Below are positions 14,601 through 23,028 of a stretch of DNA of 47,325 nt, piece by piece. The first letter of the stretch is position 1; each line of letters begins with the position of its first letter. Location of the stretch: contig CAZLFP010000006.1 in assembly GCA_964558935.1 (NCBI GenBank), positions 1 through 47,325 of the forward strand, read 5' to 3'. Made by a program: the position numbers and the translations under genes. The notes below the pieces were generated by a model that saw only the letters and a list, made by a program, of their open reading frames with translations, had not been told where the DNA came from and ran no database searches. This DNA is from an uncultured Gammaproteobacteria bacterium. GTDB taxonomy: Bacteria > Patescibacteriota > Patescibacteriia > 2-01-FULL-39-33.

Positions 14601-14629
14601 AAGCGTCGTTACATATCAGCGGCGCTTTT
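14601..14629 (+). terminator. intrinsic terminator
   Basis: AAGCGTCG...CGGCGCTT stem then TTTC. Confidence 0.45.
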
Positions 14630-14633
14630 CTAA

Positions 14634-14662
14634 TTGACAATTAGTTCTAGATTGACTACAAT
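14634..14662 (+). promoter_or_regulatory. nrnA promoter
   Basis: TTGACA -17 nt- TACAAT, 11 nt before ATG. Confidence 0.55.
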
Positions 14663-14673
14663 ACTTCATTGTT

Positions 14674-15624
14674 ATGTTAGATGATGTTATCAAAAAATTT
14701 AAGTCGAAATTGGATCAGGCTCAGACCATCCTATTACTTACCCATAAGGATCCGGATGGAGACGCGTGCGGTGCCATGTTGGCCATGTATTTATCATTGA
14801 CCAGCTTAGGCAAACAGGTTAGTATGCTAACTGCCAATGCACCTGCCAGTTATTATGCCTTTTTACCCAAGATTGAATTAATATCCCAAGCTCAAAGCGA
14901 TTTAGATCAAGCTTGGGATTTGGTCATGATTTTAGACTGTGGAGATTTTAAACATACTGGACTACCGGTTGCCAAGCTTCAAAAACACATGCTGGTTAAC
15001 ATTGATCATCATCAGTCTAATCAGAATTTTGGGACATACAACATAGTGGATGCCAGCTATAGTTCAACGTGTGAATTGGTGTACACCCTACTAACACAAA
15101 GTTTAGAGTCAATTACTCAGCCCATGGCCAACTGTTTGCTAACCGGCATCATGACAGATACCGGTGGTTTCAACAATGCTGCCACCTCAGCTCAATCTTT
15201 GCAGGTAGCGGCTGACTTAGTGGCTCGAGGAGCCAAGCTGAGCCAGATTACCGGTCAGATTACCAAAAATAAAAGTATTGCTGGCTTAAGGGTGTGGGGA
15301 ATTCTTTTTTCCAGATTATGCATCAACAAGCAATACAATCTTGCCTATACTTACATTTGGAATCATGAATTGGAACAGTATCATGTTAATCAGAATGAAA
15401 TTGACGGTTTTGTGAATTTTTTAAATGTCATCGCAGATGTAACAGCCGCTTTCTTCTTGCGTTTAGATGAAAATCAGGTTAAAGTAAGTATGCGCACTAA
15501 GCGAGATGATGTAAATTTATCCGATTTAGCTCAAATATTTGGCGGCGGAGGACATCAAAAGGCAGCCGGCTTTACCGTTGATTGGCAAATGACCAGTCAG
15601 CAGGGAAAATTACAAGTTATTTAA
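14674..15624 (+). CDS. nrnA: DHH/DHHA1 phosphoesterase (NrnA-like nanoRNase / pAp phosphatase)
   Basis: DPDGDACG, NIDHHQSN, GGGGHQKAAG. Confidence 0.8.
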   Translation: MLDDVIKKFKSKLDQAQTILLLTHKDPDGDACGAMLAMYLSLTSLGKQVSMLTANAPASYYAFLPKIELISQAQSDLDQAWDLVMILDCGDFKHTGLPVAKLQKHMLVNIDHHQSNQNFGTYNIVDASYSSTCELVYTLLTQSLESITQPMANCLLTGIMTDTGGFNNAATSAQSLQVAADLVARGAKLSQITGQITKNKSIAGLRVWGILFSRLCINKQYNLAYTYIWNHELEQYHVNQNEIDGFVNFLNVIADVTAAFFLRLDENQVKVSMRTKRDDVNLSDLAQIFGGGGHQKAAGFTVDWQMTSQQGKLQVI

Positions 15625-15633
15625 AATAAACAT

Positions 15634-16209
15634 ATGCATTTAATACCTACCGTGCTCGAAAAAACTCATTATGGTGAAAGGGCGTATGACATTTATTCCA
15701 GATTATTGAAAGATAGGATTATATTTTTGGGTACTCCCATCGATGATGCCGTGGCCAATACAATTATTGCCCAACTGTTGTTTTTGGATTCTCAAGATAC
15801 TAAGCAGGATATTAAGCTATACTTAAACTCACCCGGCGGTTCTGTGTCAGCTGGACTAGCTATTTATGATACCATTCAATACGTTAAAGCGGATGTTTCC
15901 ACCATTTGTATTGGTATGGCCGCTTCTATGGCTGCTGTTATTTTAGCCGGAGGCGCTAAAGATAAAAGATTGGCTTTGCCTCATTCTGAAGTTATGATCC
16001 ACCAAGTGATGGGCGGAGCGGAAGGACAAGCAACGGATATTAAAATTAGAGCCGAACATATTTTAAAAGTTAAGGAAAAATTGGATAAGGTTTTACAAAA
16101 ACATACAGGCAAGAGCTTAACCCAAATTGAAAAAGATACGGATAGGGATAAGTTCATGTCAGCGAATGAAGCCATTGAATATGGGATTATAGATAAGATT
16201 GTGGAGTAA
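15634..16209 (+). CDS. clpP: ATP-dependent Clp protease proteolytic subunit
   Basis: ClpP family sequence, GMAASMAA (active-site Ser), MIHQ (His). Confidence 0.9.
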   Translation: MHLIPTVLEKTHYGERAYDIYSRLLKDRIIFLGTPIDDAVANTIIAQLLFLDSQDTKQDIKLYLNSPGGSVSAGLAIYDTIQYVKADVSTICIGMAASMAAVILAGGAKDKRLALPHSEVMIHQVMGGAEGQATDIKIRAEHILKVKEKLDKVLQKHTGKSLTQIEKDTDRDKFMSANEAIEYGIIDKIVE

Positions 16210-16214
16210 AAAGA

Positions 16215-16241
16215 GCGGAGAACTCGGGTTCTCCGCCTTTT
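16215..16241. terminator. bidirectional terminator
   Basis: GCGGAGAAC-TCGG-GTTCTCCGC then CTTTT. Confidence 0.65.
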
Positions 16242-16243
16242 GA

Positions 16244-16702
16244 TTAAAGAGCGATGCCGTGGACGGCCAGGCTTTTATTTTTGAACCTGGCTTCCTTGGT
16301 TACCTCCTTAACCATGACTTGCTTAATGCACTCGGGCATCTGGTAGTCCTGTTCAGGAAGGTCCAATTCAACCTCGACCACTACCAGATCGATTAAGCTG
16401 TCTTGGTAGACATCGACTTCCCAGGTCAGGCCGTCTACCCCTTCGACCAGATGGCGAGTCTTGGAAATTTGTTTGCCCTGGGTGGCTGGCCACAACAGCT
16501 GGAACAGGCTGTCAGGAATTTCCTGCTCCAGTTCATGCCTGACCAGGCCGGAACCGCCCTTTTGAGTGGCAAAGCATTTGTTGCCTTTGCGCCGCAGGCG
16601 GACTTCCGGGTCACCCGTTGTTAGGTAGCCCTGTTGGATATCCTGGCCTGCTGTCAGGCCCTGGGGTGCTTCCGATAGCAGGAACTTTCTCTCGATCTCC
16701 AA
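16244..16702 (-). CDS. CYTH-domain protein (CyaB/ThTPase-type triphosphate tunnel metalloenzyme)
   Basis: EIERKFLL ExExK signature at the N-terminus. TTG 16702, 7 nt after GAAGGAG, preferred over ATG 16729. High GC. Confidence 0.7.
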   Translation of the reverse strand: MEIERKFLLSEAPQGLTAGQDIQQGYLTTGDPEVRLRRKGNKCFATQKGGSGLVRHELEQEIPDSLFQLLWPATQGKQISKTRHLVEGVDGLTWEVDVYQDSLIDLVVVEVELDLPEQDYQMPECIKQVMVKEVTKEARFKNKSLAVHGIAL

Positions 16703-16721
16703 TCTTTTTCTCCTTCTCTGT

Positions 16722-16784
16722 AAATCCATAAACTCTATGTTTATGGATTTATTTGAGAAGGGATCAGGTTTTTAGCCTGATCCC
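16722..16784 (-). promoter_or_regulatory. two strong hairpins between the 267-aa gene and the CYTH gene
   Basis: 12-bp AAATCCATAAAC/GTTTATGGATTT (16722-16750) and 9-bp GGGATCAGG/CCTGATCCC (16760-16784, spans the stop codon). Confidence 0.5.
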
Positions 16785-17575
16785 TGGTTGTTGAACTTCG
16801 CCACCAAGTCTTCGATGGTGGCGTTGAGAGGAAGCTCTTCTACCGGAATCTCTTCCAGAAGAGGTTCTTCCTCTTCTTCAACGATGGCGTTTTTGGCGAC
16901 CGCCACCGAGATTGCCCGGTACCCGCCGTGGTAGCCTCGGGTACGCTTAGCGGAGATTACTGTGCCGGCCACTCCGGTAACCCGGATGTTGCCAAGTTCC
17001 CAGCCTTTGGTCGGGTCGATCAGCTCAATGGCTCCGGGGTGATGAGCTCCGAAGATCAGTTTAGGATTCACCCAGAAGCCGTTGCGGATGGAAGCGTTAC
17101 TGGGGGTTCCAAAGCTGACAACCACCACTTCCGGATCATCCTGACTACCGGCTTGCTCGATTAAGTCGTCTAGGTCTTCCAGTTTTTGGTCAACCTGGTC
17201 GAGACGTTCAGCCGCTTTAGGCTTCCATTCCCGCAGGAATTCCATGGCTGCCGGTACTGACACACCCAGGGCTTCAGCTACGTCTACCCAGGTGTCGATG
17301 GGGCGGCCAATGCTGGTGACTTCGCCCAGTCCTTCGGTGAAGCGAGCGGTTTCCCAGCCTTCAAAGCCTTTGATGACTCGAACATCCGGAATAACTGCCA
17401 GCCGGTAGGTGGTACCGGACCATTTCCCACACTGGGAGTAGTCCGTTCCCTTGATGACTGCGATGCCAGGGATGTCCTTGCCTTTGAAACGGATGACTTC
17501 ATCACCTTTGATAAAGAGCAGCCAGGGGCTGCGTCCTCGACTCTTGATCTTGTTGGACCAGGTTACTTCCTGCAT
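16772..17575 (-). CDS. hypothetical protein (267 aa), acidic C-terminal tail
   Basis: ATG 17575 after AGGGAGGG; high GC; no family recognised. Confidence 0.6.
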   Translation of the reverse strand: MQEVTWSNKIKSRGRSPWLLFIKGDEVIRFKGKDIPGIAVIKGTDYSQCGKWSGTTYRLAVIPDVRVIKGFEGWETARFTEGLGEVTSIGRPIDTWVDVAEALGVSVPAAMEFLREWKPKAAERLDQVDQKLEDLDDLIEQAGSQDDPEVVVVSFGTPSNASIRNGFWVNPKLIFGAHHPGAIELIDPTKGWELGNIRVTGVAGTVISAKRTRGYHGGYRAISVAVAKNAIVEEEEEPLLEEIPVEELPLNATIEDLVAKFNNQGSG

Positions 17576-17576
17576 G

Positions 17577-17717
17577 TCATTTCCCTCCCTGTTGTTGGTG
17601 GATGCGCTGTTCCGCCGCTTCAATTTCCTTGCGGAGACGGGCCAGATAGGCATCCGCCTCTTGACGGGTGTACTCATGTTTTTTGACAGCGGTCATGCCG
17701 TACTGAGTCATTGCCAT
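17577..17717 (-). CDS. small helical hypothetical protein (46 aa, below ORF-track cutoff)
   Basis: AAAGGAG RBS; MAMTQYGMTAVKKHEYTRQEADAYLARLRKEIEAAEQRIHQQQGGK; its TGA stop is 1 nt from the next ATG. Confidence 0.5.
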   Translation of the reverse strand: MAMTQYGMTAVKKHEYTRQEADAYLARLRKEIEAAEQRIHQQQGGK

Positions 17718-17824
17718 CTCCTTTTGTTTTGTAATGTTCGCTGGTTTCGCCTTTTTGGGCTCATCAGCTCAAGCACACACTTGAGGACCAGTGGGCAGTT
17801 TATAGACTTGCCCGGGTCCGGGAG

Positions 17825-18394
17825 TCAGGCAGCGGCCTTGACTCTCATGAGCCGGAGAGCTTGGTAGACCGTCGTCTCCAAGCCCCGGTCTCCCCGCAGG
17901 AAGGTGTGGTTGGAGTGGCCGTGCCAGGCAGCCCGAGTCCGGCCTTCCAGAGCTTGAGCTTCCCCAAGGCTCTCAAAGCGGTGCTCGTTGTTGCCTTTGC
18001 CGTACAGCTCCGGCCGAGCCGTAGCCAGAGACTCCAGGTGGATCACTTGCTGGTACCGGTTAAGCACCAGCTCGAGATCCAGCCCGAAGCGTCGGCAGTA
18101 CTCGGCCTGACCGCCCGGCACGTAGGCTGCCCCGTCGAGCAGTCCCCGGTCGCACAGGATGGTTTGGCCACCCCGCTCCAGAGCCTCTTCCTCTTGCTGC
18201 AGCTGCAGTTTGAGGATGGCGGCCTGGAAGGCGTCTTGCCACTCTTGCGTCCAGACTTTGGGCGCAGGCATGGGGCCTTCCAGCAGGAGGGTGGCGGCTT
18301 CGGGTACTACCACCAGGCCGGGGGTATGGGCAGCGGCTTTCAGGACTGTGCTTTTACCGGCGCAGGGTCCGCCTGTCAGGACTATCATCTGCAT
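17825..18394 (-). CDS. P-loop NTPase, AAA_28/NadR-kinase-like
   Basis: Walker A LTGGPCAGKST; RBS AAGGAG; 40 G+C in 18061-18120. Confidence 0.65.
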   Translation of the reverse strand: MQMIVLTGGPCAGKSTVLKAAAHTPGLVVVPEAATLLLEGPMPAPKVWTQEWQDAFQAAILKLQLQQEEEALERGGQTILCDRGLLDGAAYVPGGQAEYCRRFGLDLELVLNRYQQVIHLESLATARPELYGKGNNEHRFESLGEAQALEGRTRAAWHGHSNHTFLRGDRGLETTVYQALRLMRVKAAA

Positions 18395-18438
18395 GGCTTT
18401 CTCCTTTTGTTTTTAAGGTTCCTCGTTTCTATTAGGGG

Positions 18439-18467
18439 AGTATATCACACTTTAAATATTTTGTCAA
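18439..18467 (-). promoter_or_regulatory. promoter of the ATPase-CYTH operon
   Basis: minus strand TTGACA -17 nt- TATACT. Confidence 0.55.
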
Positions 18468-18583
18468 GTATTTCGACATTTAATTATATAATATGCTTAT
18501 AAAAGTGGCTAATTTTAGTTAAAATAAATTAATAAAAAAAATATAAAAATCAATAAAAATAGGGTTAAAATAAAGTTATACAC

Positions 18584-18612
18584 TTGACATTCATTAAAAA
18601 AATATATATCAT
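18584..18612 (+). promoter_or_regulatory. candidate promoter of the TrmB-like regulator
   Basis: TTGACA -17 nt- TATCAT. Confidence 0.35.
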
Positions 18613-18692
18613 TAAAATATTGACGAAAAAACCGACATTTATTAAAAAAAATAATAAAATATCTAAATAATTAGCTAAATTTAAACAAAAAT

Positions 18693-19409
18693 ATGGTATT
18701 AGATCAGTATTTGCAAAAAATCGGGTTAAATGACAAACAGGCTAAAGTATATTTGGCTGGTTTGCAATTGGGTCCGGCTTCCATTCAACAGTTATCCAAA
18801 GCTTCCGGTATTAAAAGAAGTACTGTTTATGAGGTGATGGATGATTTAATTGACCAGAACATGTTTACGGTCAGCCAAAAAGGCAAAAGAAAGGTTTTCA
18901 CGGTTCAAGAACCAGATAATCTGTTATTGTATTTAAAACAAAAAGAAAAAGTTTTGGAACAGATTATGCCTGATTTGGAAGCTTTAAAGAATTCTGAAAC
19001 CAAAAAACCGGCTATCCGGGTGTATGAAGGTATAGACGGTTTAAAGCAGATTTATGAGGATATGATTAAAAAACCGGGTGAAATTACAGCTATGGCTGCT
19101 CCTAAGCAGAAAATAGCTGCCACTTTGTTGGATTATTTGGTGGAAGATTGGAAAGATAGGAGAATTAAGAATGGGATTAAATTAAGAATGATCAGTTCCG
19201 GTAAAAATAAGAAGGATCAGGAAGAATTGAAGGAAATTAAATATTTGCCTGAGAAAAACTATCCTTTTTCAGTTGGTATCTATACTTATCGGAAAAAAGT
19301 GGCTTTTGTGTCTTACCAGCCTCAGGAAATGATTGGTTTAGTCTTAAGAAGTGAGGAGATTAACAAGACCATTAAGCTGATTTTTGAAATGTTGTGGCAA
19401 ATTAAATAA
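18693..19409 (+). CDS. TrmB-family winged-helix transcriptional regulator
   Basis: N-terminal HTH: LGLNDKQAKVYLAGLQLGPASIQQLSKASGIKRSTVYEVMDDL. Confidence 0.7.
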   Translation: MVLDQYLQKIGLNDKQAKVYLAGLQLGPASIQQLSKASGIKRSTVYEVMDDLIDQNMFTVSQKGKRKVFTVQEPDNLLLYLKQKEKVLEQIMPDLEALKNSETKKPAIRVYEGIDGLKQIYEDMIKKPGEITAMAAPKQKIAATLLDYLVEDWKDRRIKNGIKLRMISSGKNKKDQEELKEIKYLPEKNYPFSVGIYTYRKKVAFVSYQPQEMIGLVLRSEEINKTIKLIFEMLWQIK

Positions 19410-19641
19410 GATTGACTTAAACTTTAAATCATGCTAAGATAAAGACACTAAATAATTATTAAAGTTTAAGGAATAAGTACTAAGCTCGGCTATGGCATAG
19501 AGAATTTTGGCTAAATTAGATATGACAGTAGATATCTTTTCTCTTGATATACCAGTATCAACCTCAAATTTATCATTAAATTTAGTTAAATTGTCTTAAT
19601 TTAGCTGTTTTAGTCTGTTCCTTAAATTCAAGGACCATTAT

Positions 19642-21168
19642 ATGGAACATATTTTTATGTATGCATTGGTAATGTTAGCTTTAGGCATGGGTTTTGGTCT
19701 TGGCTATTATACTCGTAAGATTTTACTGCAAAACCGTAAGGATTCAGTGGAAGCCAGAATTGAGAGCATGTTAACAGAGGCTAAAGCTAAGCAAAAGGAA
19801 ATCTTGTTGAATGCTCAAGAAAGGGCTTTGAAGGTGTTTGAAGACGCTAAGAATGATGCCAAACAAACTCGCAGAGAATTGGAGAATAATAAAAAAAGAT
19901 TGGAAAAAAGGGAATCTTTGTTTGACCAGAAGCTGTTGGATTTGGAAAACAAAAAACAAGAGTTGGTTGACAAAGCTGAAAAGGTTAACCGCATTAAGGA
20001 AGAGGTTAACAAAATTAAAGAAGAGCAGTTTGCTAAATTGGAGAAGATCGCCGGTTTGACCAAAGCTCAAGCTGAAGAAATTTTAATGGAGAATACTGAG
20101 AAAGCGATTGCAGACAATTTGGTTCATCGAATCAACAAACTTGAACAAGAAGCTTCAGATGAGTTGGATCGCAAAGCCAAGGAAATTTTGTCGTTAGTCA
20201 TTGAAAGATGTTCATCTTCACATGCTCAAGAAAACACTTCCTCAGTCATTGATCTGCCATCAGATGAAATGAAGGGTCGAATTATTGGACGAGAAGGTAG
20301 AAACATTCGAACTATTGAACAGCAGACCGGAGTGGAAATTATAATTGACGATACGCCTCAAGCCATTACTTTGTCTTCTTTTTCACCGCTGAGAAGACAA
20401 GTTGCCAAACTAGCCATTGAGAAACTGATTTTCGACGGTAGGATTCATCCTGCCAGAATTGAAGAAGCGATTAAAGAAGCGAAAGAAGAAATTGCAGTGG
20501 ATATTAAGAAAGCAGGTGAAAATGCGGTCTATGAGGTGGGAGTGGCCGGTTTGGATCCCAAGTTGGTTCAGATTCTAGGTAGATTAAAATATCGTACCAG
20601 TTATGGCCAAAATATTCTAAATCATTCCACGGAAGTGGCTAATCTGTCTGCTTTACTGGCTGAAGAGTTGGGGGCAGATGTGGCCATTGCCAAGAAAGCC
20701 GGCTTACTGCATGATATTGGTAAGGCAGTCGATCATGAAGTTCAAGGTACTCATCCGGAAATTGGTAGAGATATTTGTAAGAAATTTAATATCTCTGAAG
20801 AAGTTATTAAACCGGTGCTGGAACATCATAATGACCGACCTTCAACTTTAGAGGGTATTATTGTCAAAGTAGCGGACGCCATCTCTGGCGCCAGACCAGG
20901 AGCCAGAAAAGACAGTTACGAGAACTATCTGCAGAGATTAGATGAATTGGAAGGAATTGCCAAGGGTTTTGCCGGCGTAGAAAAGGCTTATGCCATTCAA
21001 GCTGGAAGAGAAGTTAGAGTTTTTGTCATACCAGAAGAAGTGGACGATTTGGCGGCTAATAAATTAGCCAAGCAAGTGGCGGAAAAGATTGAAGCTGAAT
21101 TAAAATACCCAGGAGAAATTAAAGTTAATGTGATAAGGGAAACTCGGGTAACTGAGTTTGCCAGATAA
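19642..21168 (+). CDS. rny: ribonuclease Y
   Basis: N-terminal TM helix, coiled coil, KH (GRIIGREGRNIR), HD (LLHDIGK). Confidence 0.9.
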   Translation: MEHIFMYALVMLALGMGFGLGYYTRKILLQNRKDSVEARIESMLTEAKAKQKEILLNAQERALKVFEDAKNDAKQTRRELENNKKRLEKRESLFDQKLLDLENKKQELVDKAEKVNRIKEEVNKIKEEQFAKLEKIAGLTKAQAEEILMENTEKAIADNLVHRINKLEQEASDELDRKAKEILSLVIERCSSSHAQENTSSVIDLPSDEMKGRIIGREGRNIRTIEQQTGVEIIIDDTPQAITLSSFSPLRRQVAKLAIEKLIFDGRIHPARIEEAIKEAKEEIAVDIKKAGENAVYEVGVAGLDPKLVQILGRLKYRTSYGQNILNHSTEVANLSALLAEELGADVAIAKKAGLLHDIGKAVDHEVQGTHPEIGRDICKKFNISEEVIKPVLEHHNDRPSTLEGIIVKVADAISGARPGARKDSYENYLQRLDELEGIAKGFAGVEKAYAIQAGREVRVFVIPEEVDDLAANKLAKQVAEKIEAELKYPGEIKVNVIRETRVTEFAR

Positions 21169-21177
21169 ATATAAGAG

Positions 21178-21984
21178 ATGTTAAAAGTTATCTTCATCGG
21201 TGACATTATCGGCAAGATCGGGCGTAAAGCCGTGATCCAACATTTAAATTCTTTAAAAAAGAAATATCTTCCAGATTTAGTTTTAGCCAACGGAGAAAAC
21301 ATTGCCCATGGCATTGGTTTTACTCATCATACCTTGGCTGAAGTGAGAGAAGCTGGAGTAGATTTATTCACTTCCGGTAATCATGCCTGGTCCAAGGGCA
21401 GTGCCGATGCCATTTTAGACGATCCGGATCCGATGATTATTCGACCCGCCAATTATCCCAAGAAAAAGTCCGGTCTGGGTCTAAAAACTTTGTCTGTTAA
21501 AAAAATTAGCCAAAATAAGATACTTGTGGTAAACTTACTAGGTAAGGTTTTTATCGATGAACCGGTCACTTGTCCTTTCAAGTCTTTGGAGCGGATTGCT
21601 CAGGAGTATCAAGATTACATTATTGTAGTAGATTTTCATGCTGAAGCCACTTCAGAAAAACTGGCGATGGGTCATTTTGCAGCCGGCAAGGTAGCAGCTG
21701 TCTTAGGCACTCATACTCATGTTCCAACCTGCGATGCTCGCATCTTAGACCGGGGAACCGGCTACGTTTCAGATATCGGTATGGTCGGTTACTATGATTC
21801 CGTAATCGGAGCTGACAAAAGACAGGTGATTAATATGTTTCTAAAAGAAGGAACCAGCTCCAAAAAGCATGATTTACCTGAGACGGGAGAATGTCAGTTT
21901 AATGCTGTTTATCTGGAAATAGATGTAAAAACCAAACAAACCAAAAAAATCATCCGCGTTGATGATATTGTCAAAGTTAATTAA
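21178..21984 (+). CDS. ymdB: YmdB-family metallophosphoesterase
   Basis: IFIGDIIGKIGR, NGENIAHG, FHAEATSEK; conserved rny-ymdB pairing. Confidence 0.85.
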   Translation: MLKVIFIGDIIGKIGRKAVIQHLNSLKKKYLPDLVLANGENIAHGIGFTHHTLAEVREAGVDLFTSGNHAWSKGSADAILDDPDPMIIRPANYPKKKSGLGLKTLSVKKISQNKILVVNLLGKVFIDEPVTCPFKSLERIAQEYQDYIIVVDFHAEATSEKLAMGHFAAGKVAAVLGTHTHVPTCDARILDRGTGYVSDIGMVGYYDSVIGADKRQVINMFLKEGTSSKKHDLPETGECQFNAVYLEIDVKTKQTKKIIRVDDIVKVN

Positions 21985-21997
21985 TAACGCAATTCTT

Positions 21998-22177
21998 ATG
22001 TCTTATTTTGACGATGGTGCTGACCAAGCTATGCCAGCTACAGATCAGCCAACAGAAGCCGCTCCCGAAACTACTGACACTCCCATGTCAGAACCGGCAG
22101 CAGCTCCTGAAGCTCCAGCAGAAACACCAGCTGAGGAATCAACTGAGTCTCCTGCTGAAGATACTCCTTCCATGTAA
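21998..22177 (+). CDS. small acidic Pro/Glu/Thr/Ala-rich protein
   Basis: ATG 21998 chosen (the upstream part of the track ORF overlaps ymdB); low-complexity sequence, no RBS. Confidence 0.35.
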   Translation: MSYFDDGADQAMPATDQPTEAAPETTDTPMSEPAAAPEAPAETPAEESTESPAEDTPSM

Positions 22178-22208
22178 TTAATTAATTAAATTAATTAAAG
22201 GAGGCTTT

Positions 22209-22547
22209 ATGAACAGAGCCGAATTAGCAGAAAAAATCGCTGAAGCAGTCGGTATTACCAGAGTTCAAGCCGAAGAAGCTTTAAAGGCGTTTGTGGATAT
22301 AACCATTGACACCTTAAAAGCTGACGGTGAAGTAACTTTAGCCGGTTTTGGTACTTTTTCTGCCAGACGTCGTAAAGGACGTGAGGGTATTAACCCTCGA
22401 AATCCTCAAGAGAAGATTACCATTCCTTCAGTGGTGGTGGCTAAATTCAAAGCTGGAAAGAATCTTAAGGAAGCCCTTAAGAACGAAGGTGGAGCTCCAG
22501 CTGCTGAACCTGAAGTTGAAACACCTGGTGAATCAACAGAAGAATAG
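22209..22547 (+). CDS. hup: HU-family DNA-binding protein with acidic C-terminal tail
   Basis: MNRAELAEKIA..., GFGTFSARRRKGREGINPRNPQEKITIP; RBS AAAGGAGG. Confidence 0.9.
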   Translation: MNRAELAEKIAEAVGITRVQAEEALKAFVDITIDTLKADGEVTLAGFGTFSARRRKGREGINPRNPQEKITIPSVVVAKFKAGKNLKEALKNEGGAPAAEPEVETPGESTEE

Positions 22548-22604
22548 ATAGGATGTAAAAAATTCTTCACATTATGTGGGGAGTTTTTTATTTTAAAAAG
22601 ATAA

Positions 22605-22638
22605 AGAGGCAACTCTGATGCGTATCAGTGTTGCCTCT
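22605..22638 (-). terminator. terminator of the small membrane-protein gene
   Basis: AGAGGCAAC...GTTGCCTCT 9-bp stem with inner CTGAT/ATCAG; U-rich tail on the minus strand. Confidence 0.55.
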
Positions 22639-22653
22639 GGGGGAGTGTTCTCT

Positions 22654-22902
22654 CTAGTCGCTAAACAGCGACTCGAGAGATGCTCCCTCGGGAATGTCTA
22701 TGGTCACGGTCTCTGGCATCTCCGTGACCACCGAGGGCTGTGCTTCCATGACCACGATGTGGCCATGGGTCGAGGATTCCTGCTGACTGTAGCAGTACAG
22801 CAGAATCCCAATAATTATGACTAAGCAGGTACACCCAATCATAAATAGTCCAATGACGCAGCGCACTGCGTCAACAATGACGGAAAAAGCACTTTTTCCC
22901 AC
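22654..22902 (-). CDS. small single-pass membrane protein
   Basis: GTG start after AGAGGAG; one hydrophobic helix; higher GC. Confidence 0.55.
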   Translation of the reverse strand: MGKSAFSVIVDAVRCVIGLFMIGCTCLVIIIGILLYCYSQQESSTHGHIVVMEAQPSVVTEMPETVTIDIPEGASLESLFSD

Positions 22903-22950
22903 GTTTTTTTCTCCTCTTTTCCAAATGGACCATCCATTTAGAATATATTA

Positions 22951-22979
22951 ATTATAGCATATATTCTGTATTTTGTCAA
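22951..22979 (-). promoter_or_regulatory. promoter
   Basis: minus strand TTGACA -17 nt- TATAAT. Confidence 0.6.
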
Positions 22980-22999
22980 TGATGAATTAGTTAGCTAGT

Positions 23000-23028
23000 T
23001 TGACAAATTATATAAATTATGCTATTAT
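23000..23028 (+). promoter_or_regulatory. promoter of the dockerin-protein gene
   Basis: TTGACAAATTAT... -17 nt- (TGC)TATTAT, followed by the ATTGTTCTTT motif. Confidence 0.55.

Noticed and set aside
16703-16729. ATG 16729 as the CYTH start
   Set aside because: That ATG lies inside the 12-bp hairpin and has no RBS. TTG 16702 follows GAAGGAG and gives the family-typical MEIERKFLL N-terminus.
17861-18502. 213-aa plus-strand ORF and the nested ORFs 18060..18242 and 18159..18416, all opposite the P-loop ATPase
   Set aside because: These are shadow ORFs in about 65% GC sequence. The minus-strand frame has a Walker A motif, an SD and a promoter.
18395-18692. AT-rich spacer as a replication origin
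   Set aside because: No DnaA-box-like TTATCCACA or TGTGGATAA repeats were seen, and dnaA and dnaN are not nearby.
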